A stretch of DNA of 64,000 bases from Schleiferiaceae bacterium (GCA_963758205.1 CAVWUM010000002.1:899613-963612), one strand, 5' to 3'. Numbered from the stretch's first letter, positions 1 through 11,073 are shown. Notes: generated by a model from the letters alone, not told the origin. A program made the numbers and translations.

Positions 1-100
1 AATAGCCAAAACGTTATGACCCTGCTCCGCAAATGCCTTAGCCGTAGCGTATCCTATACCCTTACTGGCTCCGGTTACAATCACATTTTTCTTTTCCATT
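1..100 (-). CDS. Short-chain dehydrogenase/reductase (SDR) family oxidoreductase; N-terminal 33 codons only, the rest lies left of the window
   Basis: The reverse complement of 1..100 reads MEKKNVIVTGASKGIGYATAKAFAEQGHNVLAI, which contains the SDR glycine-rich NAD(P)-binding motif TGASKGIG. The ATG is at 98-100. Confidence 0.5.
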
Positions 101-159
101 ATTTAAATAATTAAAAAAGCCCCAAAAAGGGGCTCTATAATATATTGATGCAATATGTT

Positions 160-1422
160 TTACAACAGTAAACTTAAGGGGTTTTCCAAAATTCCCTTAA
201 GGGTTTGTAAAAATGCTGAACCCGTGGCCCCATCCACCACGCGGTGATCACAACTTAAGGTTACACGCATTACATTACCCGGCACCACTGCTCCACTCTT
301 AACAACTGGCACCTGCTTAATGGCGCCAATTGCCAAAATGCAGCTATCAGGTGGGTTAATGATGGCGGTAAACTCTTCTATACCAAACATACCCAGGTTA
401 GAAATTGTAAAAGTGTTTCCCTCCCAGTCGGCTGGTTGAAGTTTTTTGTTTCTTGCTTTTTCGGCAAAATCCTTTACCTCTGCATTAATAGCATTAAGCC
501 CTTTAAGATCAGCATTGCGAACTACGGGTACCAGCAATCCTTCATCTACAGCTACCGCTACACCGATGTGTACATGGTGATTATAACGAATCTTATCGCC
601 CAACCAGCTTGAGTTAACCTTTGGATGCTTTTTAAGAGCCACAGCCGTAGCCTTTAATATAAGGTCGTTAAAGCTCACCTTGGTTTCCGCCACCTCGTTA
701 ATGGATTTTCTGGCAGCAATAGCCGCATCCATATCAATATCAAGAGTTAGGTAAAAGTGCGGAGCACTGAATTTGGATTCAGCCAGACGCTTGGCAATGG
801 TTTTACGCATTTGCGAAACAGCCACTTCTTCGTAGCTTTCTTCTGCACTGGCTAAGGATGGAGCAGATGCAGGCGCACTCTCCTTATAGTTATCAATATC
901 CTTTTTTACGATGCGGCCACCTTCACCGCTACCTTTTACCCGGTTAATATCAATACCCTTATCTTCAGCTAGCTTTTTAGCCAGGGGTGAAGCTTTAAGA
1001 CGAGAACCATCATTAGATACAGACTGCTGAGAATCGCTTTCACTTTTTGCGGGCTGCTCCTTTTCTTCTTTACCTGATTCCTCCTGCTCTTTTTTCTCCC
1101 CCTTCGGTTCAGGCTCTTCTTTCTTTTTGTCAGAATCAGAGTTTCCTCCTTCACCACCATTAAGGTAGCTGCTAATGTCTTCACCTTTTTCGCCCAGAAT
1201 GGCCAGAATGGAATCAACAGCGGCCGTGGCTCCTTCTTCCACACCTATATGTAAAAGCACGCCTTCCTGAAAAGCTTCAAAGTCCATTGTGGCTTTATCT
1301 GTTTCAATCTCGGCAAGCAAATCTCCTTCGTTAACCTTTTCCCCAACCTTTTTGTGCCATTTTGCTACGGTACCTTCTTCCATGGTATCGCTAAGGCGGG
1401 GCATATTTACTACTTCAGCCAT
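160..1422 (-). CDS. 2-oxoacid (pyruvate-type) dehydrogenase complex E2, dihydrolipoyllysine-residue acyltransferase
   Basis: The N-terminus is a lipoyl domain (LAEIETDKATMDFEAF). A Pro/Ala/Glu/Lys-rich linker follows, then the catalytic domain ending in the DHRVVDGA active-site motif. Confidence 0.9.
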   Translation of the reverse strand: MAEVVNMPRLSDTMEEGTVAKWHKKVGEKVNEGDLLAEIETDKATMDFEAFQEGVLLHIGVEEGATAAVDSILAILGEKGEDISSYLNGGEGGNSDSDKKKEEPEPKGEKKEQEESGKEEKEQPAKSESDSQQSVSNDGSRLKASPLAKKLAEDKGIDINRVKGSGEGGRIVKKDIDNYKESAPASAPSLASAEESYEEVAVSQMRKTIAKRLAESKFSAPHFYLTLDIDMDAAIAARKSINEVAETKVSFNDLILKATAVALKKHPKVNSSWLGDKIRYNHHVHIGVAVAVDEGLLVPVVRNADLKGLNAINAEVKDFAEKARNKKLQPADWEGNTFTISNLGMFGIEEFTAIINPPDSCILAIGAIKQVPVVKSGAVVPGNVMRVTLSCDHRVVDGATGSAFLQTLKGILENPLSLLL

Positions 1423-1439
1423 GTGGGTCTGTATTTTCT

Positions 1440-2438
1440 TTAATGATTTTTGATAAACGGATAATTCTCTTCCGAGTAAACTCCTTTGTACAAATCTTCA
1501 GGATCCGGAAAGTCTGAGTCTTCGCCAAACTGAACGCACTCATTAACCAAATCCTTTACTCTTTGATCTATCTCTTCTAATTCTTTTTTAGAAGCATACT
1601 TTTTATCCTCGATAACTTTTTGGACTAAGGTAATAGGATCGCGCTCCTGGTATTGGGCCACTTCATCTTTAGTACGGTAATGCTGGGCATCACTCATGGA
1701 ATGGCCTTTATAACGGTAAGTTCTTACTTCAAGCAAGGTTGGTCCGCCACCACTGCGCGCCCGGTCAACAGCTTCCTGCATGGCTTCATACACTTTTACA
1801 GGATCCATCCCTTCTACAGGTGCGCAAGGCATTTCATAACCCAAACCAAGTTTCCAGATATCTTCATGATTGGCTGTACGCTTTACAGAAGTACCCATGG
1901 CGTAGCCATTGTTTTCGATAATAAAAACAACTGGCAGATTCCATAGCATGGCCAGGTTAAGGGTTTCGTGAAAGGCGCCCTGCCTCACAGCACCATCACC
2001 CATATAACATAGGGTTACATGTTTGTCGCCTTTATATTTATCGGCAAAAGCCAACCCGGCACCTAGTGGAATTTGTCCACCTACAATACCATGTCCGCCA
2101 TAAAAATGATGCTCTTTTGAAAACATATGCATGGAGCCACCCTTTCCGTTGGAGGTTCCCGTTTTTTTGCCCATCATCTCGGCCATAATTTTACGAGGGT
2201 CTTCACCCAGGCCTATCGGCTGAACGTGGTTACGATAGGCTGTAATCATTTTGTCGCCCTTTTCCATGGCGAAGAGAGAACCGGCCAATACTGCTTCCTG
2301 ACCATTATATAAATGCAGAAATCCTCTGATTTTTTGCTGGATGTACAAAGCCGAACATTTATCTTCAAACTTTCTCCAAAGCAACATATCCTCATACCAT
2401 TTCAGATATACGGCCTTTGTAATTTTCTTTTTGGGCAT
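1440..2438 (-). CDS. pdhA: Pyruvate/2-oxoacid dehydrogenase E1 component alpha subunit, thiamine-diphosphate dependent
   Basis: The sequence has the TPP-binding region GDGAVRQGAFHETLNLAMLWNLPVVFIIENNGYAMGT, typical of heterotetrameric E1 alpha subunits. It sits directly upstream of the E2 gene. Confidence 0.88.
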   Translation of the reverse strand: MPKKKITKAVYLKWYEDMLLWRKFEDKCSALYIQQKIRGFLHLYNGQEAVLAGSLFAMEKGDKMITAYRNHVQPIGLGEDPRKIMAEMMGKKTGTSNGKGGSMHMFSKEHHFYGGHGIVGGQIPLGAGLAFADKYKGDKHVTLCYMGDGAVRQGAFHETLNLAMLWNLPVVFIIENNGYAMGTSVKRTANHEDIWKLGLGYEMPCAPVEGMDPVKVYEAMQEAVDRARSGGGPTLLEVRTYRYKGHSMSDAQHYRTKDEVAQYQERDPITLVQKVIEDKKYASKKELEEIDQRVKDLVNECVQFGEDSDFPDPEDLYKGVYSEENYPFIKNH

Positions 2439-2596
2439 TGAATCTTTAATTAAAATAAAGCGGCCACAAATTTATAATAATACCCTACAAATAAAGAGTT
2501 TGAAATAGGGAGATTGGAATTTTGGAAAACAACACTGATTACAAAGGCTTTAGCCTCATCATACTCAAGATCACCAACACTTAAGCCGCAGGCCTG

Positions 2597-3076
2597 CTAT
2601 TGATCTAAATGAGATTTTTTAAAGGCAAAGGGAAGAAGGTTTTCCACACCCTTGCTTAACAGAACCTCGCTGGTATTGGGATGTACCATTAAAATATCGA
2701 TGGGTTCGGATTGCTTTTCCTGAAATTCGGAGATAACCTGCAGGCATGAACCACATGGAAAGGGAAAGCGACCAATAGGGTTTTGCACCACCACGGCAAT
2801 AGCCCTGATTTTTGTTTTTGGATGCGAGGCTCCCGTAAAAAAGAGAGCCGTACGCTCTGCACATAATCCGGATGGATAAGCGGCATTCTCCTGGTTAGAG
2901 CCTATTACCACTTCGCCATTATGCAATAGTACAGCCGCGCCAACCGGGAAGTTACTGTATGGAGCATAACTACCCTTTAGGGCCCCCTGTGCTTCAGAAA
3001 TAAGACTTTGGTATTGTGTGGCCATCTCACCTTGTTGAAATTTGGTGAGCTCTACCTGACTTTTTAGTATCTCCAT
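2597..3076 (-). CDS. cdd: Cytidine deaminase
   Basis: The zinc-binding motifs CAER and PCGSC are present. The length, 159 aa, is typical. Confidence 0.85.
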   Translation of the reverse strand: MEILKSQVELTKFQQGEMATQYQSLISEAQGALKGSYAPYSNFPVGAAVLLHNGEVVIGSNQENAAYPSGLCAERTALFFTGASHPKTKIRAIAVVVQNPIGRFPFPCGSCLQVISEFQEKQSEPIDILMVHPNTSEVLLSKGVENLLPFAFKKSHLDQ

Positions 3077-3085
3077 TAAGAGGTA

Positions 3086-4327
3086 TTACTTATCCTGAGA
3101 GGAAAAGTTTTCGAAATCAAACAGGAGTGAAAAGCGCAAGGTGTTTTCCAGCGGGCTTCTAACCGTAGCGGAAGCCGGAATGAGGTAAGCAAAATCGAGA
3201 CCGAATACGTTGAACTTAATACCCAGACCCATGGTAAAATACTGGCGTCCGCCCTTTTCCGGATCTTCATACTGATATCCGCCCCTCAGTGCAAAACGGT
3301 CATCGTACCAAAACTCTGCTCCTACGTTAATCACTACTTCTTCAAGCTCTTCGCTACCACCACCCGGGGCATCATTAAAAGATTGAAAAATTCCCTGGAA
3401 CGAATTCACATCGTCATCCTTACCTATAAGTACTTCCCGGTCATTTTCTCTGCCATTATCATTCTGGTCTCCGGTAAAGTTCTCATCTCCCTCACGGATG
3501 GGTGGAGTAGGAACCAGTAGCTTATTAAGATCTACAAAAAATGAAAGCCTGTTGTACTCATCAAAACGCAGGTGATAGCCACCACCAATACGCAGGTTGG
3601 TTGGAATAAAGTCGGCATCAGCATCATTACCATAAGAGATTTTACCACCTACGTTGGAAATATTCAAACCGAAAGAGGCAGATTGTTTCATTCCCCCTTC
3701 CATATTATACTCGCGGCTTTTATAGTAGTAGCCCAAATCTGCTGCAAATGACTGTCCGGGGTTTGTTTCGGCCCCATTTACCGCCACCCCTTGGGTAAGA
3801 TCGCTAAATATATAGCGAAGACCAACGGCCAGCCCCATGTTATCATTCAACTTAAGGGAGTAGGCTCCATTTAGGGTGAACTCGTAAGGCTTTCTATCAC
3901 CAAGGCTGTTATTCTGATCATCTCTAAAATTAATGGTGCCTAATGAAAAATAGCGCAACGCGAAGCCCATACCCTGATTGTCACCCATCTTAAATACATA
4001 GGATACATAGGCCAGGTTAATATCATTTACCAGCTTATTGAGCCAGGGCGTATAAGAAAGCGATAGCGTGCGAGCGCCATCATCTAAAAAAGCAAGTTTT
4101 GCAGGGTTCCAAAACAGTGAAGCTGCATCAGGCGAAGTAGCTGCACCAACATCACCCATTGCCCCTGAGCGGGAGTCGGGCGAAATAGATATAATAGGAA
4201 CTGCAGTAGAAATGGTTCTTAGTTCATTAAAGTATGGACTATCAGACGTTAGTTGACCTATTTGGGCCGAAACCGGTGCAATGGCAGCAAATACGGTGCA
4301 AACAATAAACGCAAAACCTTTTTTCAT
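3086..4327 (-). CDS. porV: T9SS outer-membrane shuttle protein PorV (LptO), a FadL-like beta-barrel
   Basis: It has a signal peptide ending in VSAQ and an aromatic, glycine-rich beta-barrel profile. Its N-terminal region (SPDSRSGAMGDVGAA) resembles PorV. It lies immediately downstream of the porU-like gene, as porV does in Flavobacterium. Confidence 0.75.
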   Translation of the reverse strand: MKKGFAFIVCTVFAAIAPVSAQIGQLTSDSPYFNELRTISTAVPIISISPDSRSGAMGDVGAATSPDAASLFWNPAKLAFLDDGARTLSLSYTPWLNKLVNDINLAYVSYVFKMGDNQGMGFALRYFSLGTINFRDDQNNSLGDRKPYEFTLNGAYSLKLNDNMGLAVGLRYIFSDLTQGVAVNGAETNPGQSFAADLGYYYKSREYNMEGGMKQSASFGLNISNVGGKISYGNDADADFIPTNLRIGGGYHLRFDEYNRLSFFVDLNKLLVPTPPIREGDENFTGDQNDNGRENDREVLIGKDDDVNSFQGIFQSFNDAPGGGSEELEEVVINVGAEFWYDDRFALRGGYQYEDPEKGGRQYFTMGLGIKFNVFGLDFAYLIPASATVRSPLENTLRFSLLFDFENFSSQDK

Positions 4328-4377
4328 AAGGGTGTAATTAGGAGGGCAAAAATAGTACTATTAGTTAAATGAGTGGG

Positions 4378-7300
4378 CTAACGTAAAATTACCAGCTTTT
4401 CGTATTTGTCGGCCGTTGAATTATCCAATTGCGAGCGGATTTTAATGCGGTACACATAAACTCCCTTACCGATTTTATCCCCGTAATCATCAAGCCCATT
4501 CCAGGTTACTTTAGATTGCACCCGGTTACCTTCTGAAACCACAAGTTGGTTAATGGTTTTTACCAGCTTACCCGATACGGTAAAGATTTGCACCTGCACC
4601 TCCAGGGGCTGATCTGCCCTATTGTGTTCAAATTGAAAATCAGTAAACGTGGTAAATGGGTTTGGATAGTTAAGCACCCGCTTTAAAGCCAGCTCGGCTG
4701 ATTCGGCTACAATAAATTCCGTCTCGGCTTCTGCCGGATTGTTATATACATCAGAAACTTTAATTTTTAGAGTGTGTTCACCTTCTTCCAAATCGTAAAA
4801 CGGGTAACGCACAGTACCACTCTGGTAACTATTTAGGTCAGATTCATAATACTCATTAATGATATAGGATTCGCTTGTGTTACCATCAAGAGTAGCCACA
4901 AGGTTGTGCCCAACCCCATTGCCTACAGTATTAATGCCTGAAGAGTCAGCAATAATGGCATAAAGCTCAGGGTCTTCATCTGTTATACCTCCGCGCACAA
5001 ATGTTTCATCGTTTATAAAAAGCCTCACGGATGGCCCTTCTTCATCAAGTGGCGCATTTTCATTAAAGCCGCCAATTACAATAGTATCATTATAGCCCCA
5101 TGCATCCGTTTTGTTATTGGTAGCATACATGCTGATCTTTCCATATCCGAACTGATAGGCAATAGCCTTTGGCACTAAAAATTCAAACTGAAAATCGCCA
5201 TCCTTCACCTCTACCTTACCGCGATAAATAAGGCTTTTACGCTCCTTAAAAGGTATTGGGCTGCCAACACCATCATTCACTTTGGTTTCCTGGTTAGATA
5301 CCTTATCGTAAACAGAAATATCTGCTATGCCATTAAAGCTGCTTATCTTACTGTTGTTAAAATCATTTACCTGGCCTGTGATTTTCACCTTGGTAAGGGC
5401 CTGAAGTGTATCCACGTTCCCCTGACTTACAGGTTTACCGTTCACATCATTCACCACCATATTGTAATACGGCAGGGCCAGTTTTAATGCAGGATCACCA
5501 AAAAGAGAAAACTTAAGCCTTGTACTTCCTCCCGACTGATTATTCTTGGCATCCTTAACCACGCTACCCAATGTTTTGGGTTCATTGTCAGGCCTTATAA
5601 AAATGGTGTTAAATATGGCCCTGTTAAGTGAAATTGCCGTAGATGCTCCAACAACCCTTGTGGTAGATATTAGGGCTATGGCACCCCCATTAGGATTTAA
5701 GCATAATTGCTCACCTGCCGATAACCTTTTTGGATCATCGAGCCTCGTAAATTCACAAGTGATGGTCATAAAAATCGTCATGGCGTCAATATTAGTCCAT
5801 CCGTTTACATCTTTAAGTCCAAGAAATTTTTCTGAGGCCAATCCTATTTCACCACCATGGCCAATGTAATTGGTAAGTAGGTTACCCTGCTGTACCTTTC
5901 TAAACATATCGTTACTTGCTTCCGGGTAGGTTTCGCTTCCTGTGGTACTTACCTGGTCATAGGCATCCAGATATATTTTATCAATATTAAAGGACTCACT
6001 AGCCGCTGAAATTTTATTGGCAAACTCTTCAGAACTGGTCACAAAAGTTCGTTCCCAGCCACCAATGTCATCCATATCATCCGCCATAAGCAACACTCTG
6101 TTTCTCCAGTCGCCAAATCGCTTAGTTCCAGTGCTATAATGCAGCACCTTATCTACGTAGCTCTGCGCCTGTCCTATTGATGAGCAGGGTATACGGCCAA
6201 CTGATATATCCATTATCTGGTTGGCAAAAGTTCCTGAGCCTTCTGATGAATCCAAGAATGCATAGAAATCATCCGTAATAGATGAAACCTCAAGGTTTAA
6301 CGAACTTTGTGACTCCCAGATAGGAACGTAATTACTATTGCTGGTAATTATGTCTTTATAGTCATACGAAGCATCGCCCAGCAATAAAAGATAATTGAAG
6401 GCCGAACTATCCTCATTTGCCTTTTTATAATTATGAACGGCAAAATCACGAATGGCAGCGATATCCTGCCCCCCGCTACTGTATTCATTATACACCTGGT
6501 CAGTAGTTACTACTACCGTTGAAATTCCATCCTTATTTACGTGAAAGTCCCGTAATCGTTGAGCAGCAGCTAAAAAGTTGGGATGGGTAACGATAATCAT
6601 TTCCCTGGCACCAAGGGCATGCAGGTTTTGTGGCGCAATCACACCAATAAACTCAGGCTCGGGAAAAGAACTACCACTAAAAGCTACAAATTCCCTCAGC
6701 TTTTCGGCCCCCGCCTTAAACGTGAGTTGGTTATTGATTAGAGTTGTAGGCATGGCTTTAATATCGTTTTGATCGGTCACATCCCATACAATCAAGTCGT
6801 TATTCGCATTAGTAATAGTGTACTCAGCAACCTGTCCATTACCCGTTATTGAGCCATCTCTGAAAAAGAGCATATCACCACTGTAAGTTAACCTGCGCAC
6901 TACCTGCAGTTCAATAAAATCGAGCCAGGCTACCCCTGATGGATTTGCTGAATTGTTGTACTCCAGTAAAATGCTGAAACCACCACTATTGCTATTCAAC
7001 GAAAAAACATCATCTGCCACCTCCACATAAGGTGAGGTATCAAAGGTTTTATAAGCATCGAAATTCAATGTACCAACCTGAGAGGCCCCATTTCTTATTG
7101 ATAAGAAGGTATTGCCTGAAGAAGCCCTGGCCCCTGCACTAACCCTGAGCCGGGCAGGCTGGTTTGTCACGATATTCTGAAAGTTAAAGCTGTAGCTGTA
7201 TTGTAGGGTAAAGTCAAAAACATCACCAAACCACTGGCGGCCGGTGCCTACCAGATTAAATTTTTCATCTTCCACAAACTGGTAGTCATCAAAAGTATTA

Positions 7301-8244
7301 ACCTGCACCGTGGCCGGCAGAGCTACTGCTGAAGCTGCAGGAACCTGGGCTGTATTACCATTGGTTACCGTAATGAAATAGAAATTCTTTTCTCTATAGG
7401 TGTTTATGGTGTGCGTAAAAGCATCCGTGGTACTGTTGTAACTCCAGGTATGAGGGCTACGGGCAAAAAACACAGCATAGTCCGATCCGTTAAAAATTCC
7501 ATCATTATTCTGATCAAAAACCTTAAGCTGTACCTCCTGTACATCATCAGGGCGAGGAGCTCCCACCCTCTCGGGCAACATACCTACACCATTGCCAACC
7601 ACCCTTATTTTATCTATGCCCACCGGGGTTGAGCTGATACCATTTCTTGAAAGATAATCAGGGGTAATTTTAAAAAGTCCGGATTTTTCAACGGCAATTT
7701 TGTACCATCCTTCTGCATCCAATACAGAGCTACTAACATTAGTAGTAGTTTTTTTAATTCTTGTGTTTGCCTCTACCCTGGCCGCTGCTGCCGGATTTTC
7801 AGTAATCACCAAATTGTATGACCTGACTTTTAACAGTTGTCCATTTTGCGTTACATAGGGATAAAAGCACACAGAAAGTTTATTTCCCTTTATTGATTGA
7901 CCAAAACTTTTCTCAATAATAGGGGTACTTGCCAGGGGGATGCCTTTAATAGCGGATACTTCAGAAGAAGGCACCGCCATGTATTGCACGTTGGCAAAAC
8001 TAATTTCATAAGAGGTGGCAGTGGCCCGGCCTATATTTATGCTTTCACATTTTTTAGGAATTGATGGATTTTCGAGATCGTAAGAAGCACTCTCAAATGA
8101 GGGACTTGCTATTCCTGAAGCAGATTTTATGGATTCTTTCCATAAAATTTCTCCGGAGATACTCCTCTGAGCCCTCGAAATATAAAATACTGATAACAAA
8201 AGAAGTACGGTCAGCCTGAAAGTAACAGTCGGTTTTATTTTCAT
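4378..8244 (-). CDS. porU: T9SS C-terminal signal peptidase PorU, a gingipain-like C25 peptidase family protein
   Basis: This is a large secreted protein with a C25-like catalytic region (VIIVTHPNFLAAAQRLRDFH...LLLLGDASYDYKD). The likely start is the internal Met at 8244 (MKIKPTVTF...), which is followed by a signal peptide. The gene is adjacent to porV. Confidence 0.75.
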   Translation of the reverse strand: MKIKPTVTFRLTVLLLLSVFYISRAQRSISGEILWKESIKSASGIASPSFESASYDLENPSIPKKCESINIGRATATSYEISFANVQYMAVPSSEVSAIKGIPLASTPIIEKSFGQSIKGNKLSVCFYPYVTQNGQLLKVRSYNLVITENPAAAARVEANTRIKKTTTNVSSSVLDAEGWYKIAVEKSGLFKITPDYLSRNGISSTPVGIDKIRVVGNGVGMLPERVGAPRPDDVQEVQLKVFDQNNDGIFNGSDYAVFFARSPHTWSYNSTTDAFTHTINTYREKNFYFITVTNGNTAQVPAASAVALPATVQVNTFDDYQFVEDEKFNLVGTGRQWFGDVFDFTLQYSYSFNFQNIVTNQPARLRVSAGARASSGNTFLSIRNGASQVGTLNFDAYKTFDTSPYVEVADDVFSLNSNSGGFSILLEYNNSANPSGVAWLDFIELQVVRRLTYSGDMLFFRDGSITGNGQVAEYTITNANNDLIVWDVTDQNDIKAMPTTLINNQLTFKAGAEKLREFVAFSGSSFPEPEFIGVIAPQNLHALGAREMIIVTHPNFLAAAQRLRDFHVNKDGISTVVVTTDQVYNEYSSGGQDIAAIRDFAVHNYKKANEDSSAFNYLLLLGDASYDYKDIITSNSNYVPIWESQSSLNLEVSSITDDFYAFLDSSEGSGTFANQIMDISVGRIPCSSIGQAQSYVDKVLHYSTGTKRFGDWRNRVLLMADDMDDIGGWERTFVTSSEEFANKISAASESFNIDKIYLDAYDQVSTTGSETYPEASNDMFRKVQQGNLLTNYIGHGGEIGLASEKFLGLKDVNGWTNIDAMTIFMTITCEFTRLDDPKRLSAGEQLCLNPNGGAIALISTTRVVGASTAISLNRAIFNTIFIRPDNEPKTLGSVVKDAKNNQSGGSTRLKFSLFGDPALKLALPYYNMVVNDVNGKPVSQGNVDTLQALTKVKITGQVNDFNNSKISSFNGIADISVYDKVSNQETKVNDGVGSPIPFKERKSLIYRGKVEVKDGDFQFEFLVPKAIAYQFGYGKISMYATNNKTDAWGYNDTIVIGGFNENAPLDEEGPSVRLFINDETFVRGGITDEDPELYAIIADSSGINTVGNGVGHNLVATLDGNTSESYIINEYYESDLNSYQSGTVRYPFYDLEEGEHTLKIKVSDVYNNPAEAETEFIVAESAELALKRVLNYPNPFTTFTDFQFEHNRADQPLEVQVQIFTVSGKLVKTINQLVVSEGNRVQSKVTWNGLDDYGDKIGKGVYVYRIKIRSQLDNSTADKYEKLVILR

Positions 8245-8458
8245 ATAAGTAGGTGATGAGCAGATGAAACGTGTAAAAGGCAAATGTATTATTATCAATT
8301 AGTGAACGTTAAATATTTCAGATTCAGCGACAAATTTCAGCGAGAATAGCGATTATATTTAGAAAAATAGCATATTTGTCTTCTTGAACTATTAAAAATG
8401 TTGTAAGCCGATACTCTATAACTTTTTGTAATATTGTCATTTGAAACTCCTTCCAGGG

Positions 8459-9445
8459 ATGAAAGAAATAAAACTAACTCTCTTATCATTTGTCTTTCTC
8501 AGCTTGGGTTTTTCTGCTTTTGGGCAGGATGCTCATTTTACGCAGTACTATGCTAATCCATTGTACTTAAACCCTGCATTTGCAGGTTCCAGCAAATGTC
8601 CAAGAGTCACGCTCAACTACAGAAATCAATATCCTGTACTCAATAATGTTTATCAAACATTTTCCGGTTCGTATGATCAATACGTAGAAAACCTTAATGG
8701 CGGATTGGGTTTACTCATTATGCGTGATGAAGCTGGTGGTGGTGCACTTAGCGCAACTGAAATCAGCGGTATTTATTCATATCACCTTAAAGTAACTCGC
8801 AAGTTTACCATGCTAGCAGGTTTTCAGGCAACACTTCGCCAAAGAGCATTAAACTTTGACGGATTCACTTTCCCTGATCAAATCGAGCCTTTTTACGGAT
8901 TCGTGAAATCAACAAACGAGGTTCCTCCTGGCAACAACACCAACACACGTTTAGATGTAAGCGTTGGAATGTTAGGATTTACCGAGAAGTTTTACATCGG
9001 TGCTTCGGTTCACCACCTTACGCAACCAGACGAAAGCTTTTACCGCACTTCTAAATTGCCAATGAAAATTACTGCGGAAGCAGGATTTACCATTCCATTA
9101 GGCAGACAACGTCTTCATAACGAACTACAGAATTATCTTTTACCAAATATTGTTTACCAATTACAGGGTCCTTATGATCAACTTACGGTAAGTACAGCTT
9201 TTAACCGAGGCCCTATCAGTGGCGGTTTAGGTTTGAGAACAAGTACCGTAAACCCTGATGCCATAGTGGTATTATTAGGATATACTCCAACTGACTTTGC
9301 CTGGAAAATAGGTTACAGTTATGACATTACAATCTCATCTATTGCCAACAATCTCGGTGGTGCTCATGAGATTTCACTCTCCTACCAATTCCCATGTAGG
9401 ACACCCAGAAAAAAACTTCAGGCAATAACTTGCCCCAAATTTTAG
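8459..9445 (+). CDS. PorP/SprF-family type IX secretion membrane protein
   Basis: After a signal peptide the N-terminus reads QDAHFTQYYANPLYLNPAFAG, the PorP/SprF family signature. The protein is about 330 aa and beta-barrel-like. The ATG at 8459 is preferred over the TTG at 8441. Confidence 0.8.
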   Translation: MKEIKLTLLSFVFLSLGFSAFGQDAHFTQYYANPLYLNPAFAGSSKCPRVTLNYRNQYPVLNNVYQTFSGSYDQYVENLNGGLGLLIMRDEAGGGALSATEISGIYSYHLKVTRKFTMLAGFQATLRQRALNFDGFTFPDQIEPFYGFVKSTNEVPPGNNTNTRLDVSVGMLGFTEKFYIGASVHHLTQPDESFYRTSKLPMKITAEAGFTIPLGRQRLHNELQNYLLPNIVYQLQGPYDQLTVSTAFNRGPISGGLGLRTSTVNPDAIVVLLGYTPTDFAWKIGYSYDITISSIANNLGGAHEISLSYQFPCRTPRKKLQAITCPKF

Positions 9446-9480
9446 TTTGATACTTGCTCAATCTGATTATTTCAATCATT

Positions 9481-11073
9481 ATGAAAAAAACAATCATTAA
9501 TAAGTTTCTATTACTCGGCCTTACGGTTGGAGCTGTTGTAGCTACAACCTCCTGTAACAAAACGCACAGTAACACTACTGGCTGGGCTTACAATGATAAA
9601 GGCAATGGTGGTTTTAGTATTTCAAAAGACTTTGATGGCCAGGAAACAGGTCCCGGACTTGTATTTGTAGAAGGAGGAACCTTTACCATGGGTCGTGTTG
9701 AAGAGGACTTTTATAAGGACTGGAACAACGTACCACGCCAGGTAACGGTAAACTCTTTTTACATTGATGAAAACGAGGTAACTAATGTGGATTATCTGGA
9801 ATACCTATACTGGATTGGACGTGTGTTTGATCTTGACTATTATCCTGAAATCTACACCAGCGCTTTGCCGGACACTTTAGTTTGGAGGGATGAGCTTTCG
9901 TACAACGAAACCATGGTGGAAAACTACCTTCGTTATCCTGCATACAGATATTACCCCGTAGTAGGTGTTAGCTGGATACAGGCTATGAAGTATTGCTCAT
10001 GGAGAACAGATCGTGTTAATGAGCAAATCCTTATTGATGAAGGTATTTTTAACGAATTTCCTGACCAGCGTGATGCAGACCACTTTAACACTGAAGTTTA
10101 CCTGTATCGTCCAATGGATTACACCCAGCAAAACCGTGGAGGTTTAAGAGATAATAACCCAAACAGTATGTATGGTAAAGAAGGTCGTCCGGTGAACCGC
10201 ACAGACGGTATTCTTTTACCAAAGTATCGCCTACCAACAGAGGCTGAGTGGGAGTATGCTGCTTATGGAAACGGGGGTAACCGTATTTACAACAGAACTG
10301 TAGATGGTAATAAATACACCTGGAGTGGAGCATCAACCCGTAACCCTGACAAAAAGGAAAGAGGTGATATGCTCGCCAACTTTAAAAGGGGACGTGGTGA
10401 TTATGCCGGACTTGGTGGTTGGTTGAATGACCAGGCTGCTTATACCATGCAGGTTAAATTTTACCCTCCAAATGATTTTGGTCTTTATGATATGGCTGGT
10501 AACGTAGCGGAATGGGTATTGGATGTTTACCGTCCTTTATCTCCGGAGGATGTTACTGACTTGAACCCATTCAGGGGTAACCAGTTTATGAGCTATGATG
10601 AAAACTACCAGGATCTTGGTGCTCTTGAAGTATTACAAGAGCCTCAAAGAGACACTGATAGTAACATCGTTCGCTTGCCGGGTGAATATCCCGTACGCCC
10701 TGTAACTGAAGAGGAAAATCTTAATAGAAGAAACTACAAGAAGTCTGATTACAGGAACTTCCAGGATGGTGATAAGGAATCTTCTATTTACTATGATAAA
10801 CAGGTAGATGAAGGTGAAGCACTTATGTATGACTATGCACAAACAACATTGATTGGTAACACAACCCGCGTTTACAAAGGTGGTAGTTGGAAGGATCGTG
10901 CCTACTGGATGAGCCCGGGCACGCGGAGATATCTTGAGGAAGATCAGGCTACCGATTTTATCGGATTCAGATGTGCGATGGACAGGTTAGGTTTTCAGAA
11001 TCCCAATCCTGAACGGGATAAAGAACCAACCAAACCCAAGCGTGATAAATTTGAACGGTATAACTACAACTAA
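9481..11073 (+). CDS. gldJ: Gliding-motility lipoprotein GldJ, with a formylglycine-generating-enzyme/sulfatase-modifying-factor-like domain
   Basis: A lipoprotein signal with Cys (VATTSC) is followed by an FGE-sulfatase domain carrying the motif RLPTEAEWEYAA. The gene lies next to porU/porV and is followed by murF, as I recall for Flavobacterium johnsoniae. Confidence 0.8.
   Translation: MKKTIINKFLLLGLTVGAVVATTSCNKTHSNTTGWAYNDKGNGGFSISKDFDGQETGPGLVFVEGGTFTMGRVEEDFYKDWNNVPRQVTVNSFYIDENEVTNVDYLEYLYWIGRVFDLDYYPEIYTSALPDTLVWRDELSYNETMVENYLRYPAYRYYPVVGVSWIQAMKYCSWRTDRVNEQILIDEGIFNEFPDQRDADHFNTEVYLYRPMDYTQQNRGGLRDNNPNSMYGKEGRPVNRTDGILLPKYRLPTEAEWEYAAYGNGGNRIYNRTVDGNKYTWSGASTRNPDKKERGDMLANFKRGRGDYAGLGGWLNDQAAYTMQVKFYPPNDFGLYDMAGNVAEWVLDVYRPLSPEDVTDLNPFRGNQFMSYDENYQDLGALEVLQEPQRDTDSNIVRLPGEYPVRPVTEEENLNRRNYKKSDYRNFQDGDKESSIYYDKQVDEGEALMYDYAQTTLIGNTTRVYKGGSWKDRAYWMSPGTRRYLEEDQATDFIGFRCAMDRLGFQNPNPERDKEPTKPKRDKFERYNYN

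Noticed and set aside
2580-2600. 10-nt palindrome gcaggcctgc at the cdd stop as a terminator
   Set aside because: There is no loop, it is very short, it has no U-run, and cdd is followed closely by pdhA on the same strand. It is more likely a chance palindrome.
5546-7632. Several 60-110-aa ORFs on the plus strand inside porU (5546..5869, 6578..6772, 7411..7632)
   Set aside because: They are fully embedded antisense to a long, motif-bearing gene. They lack start context or signal, so they are typical shadow ORFs.
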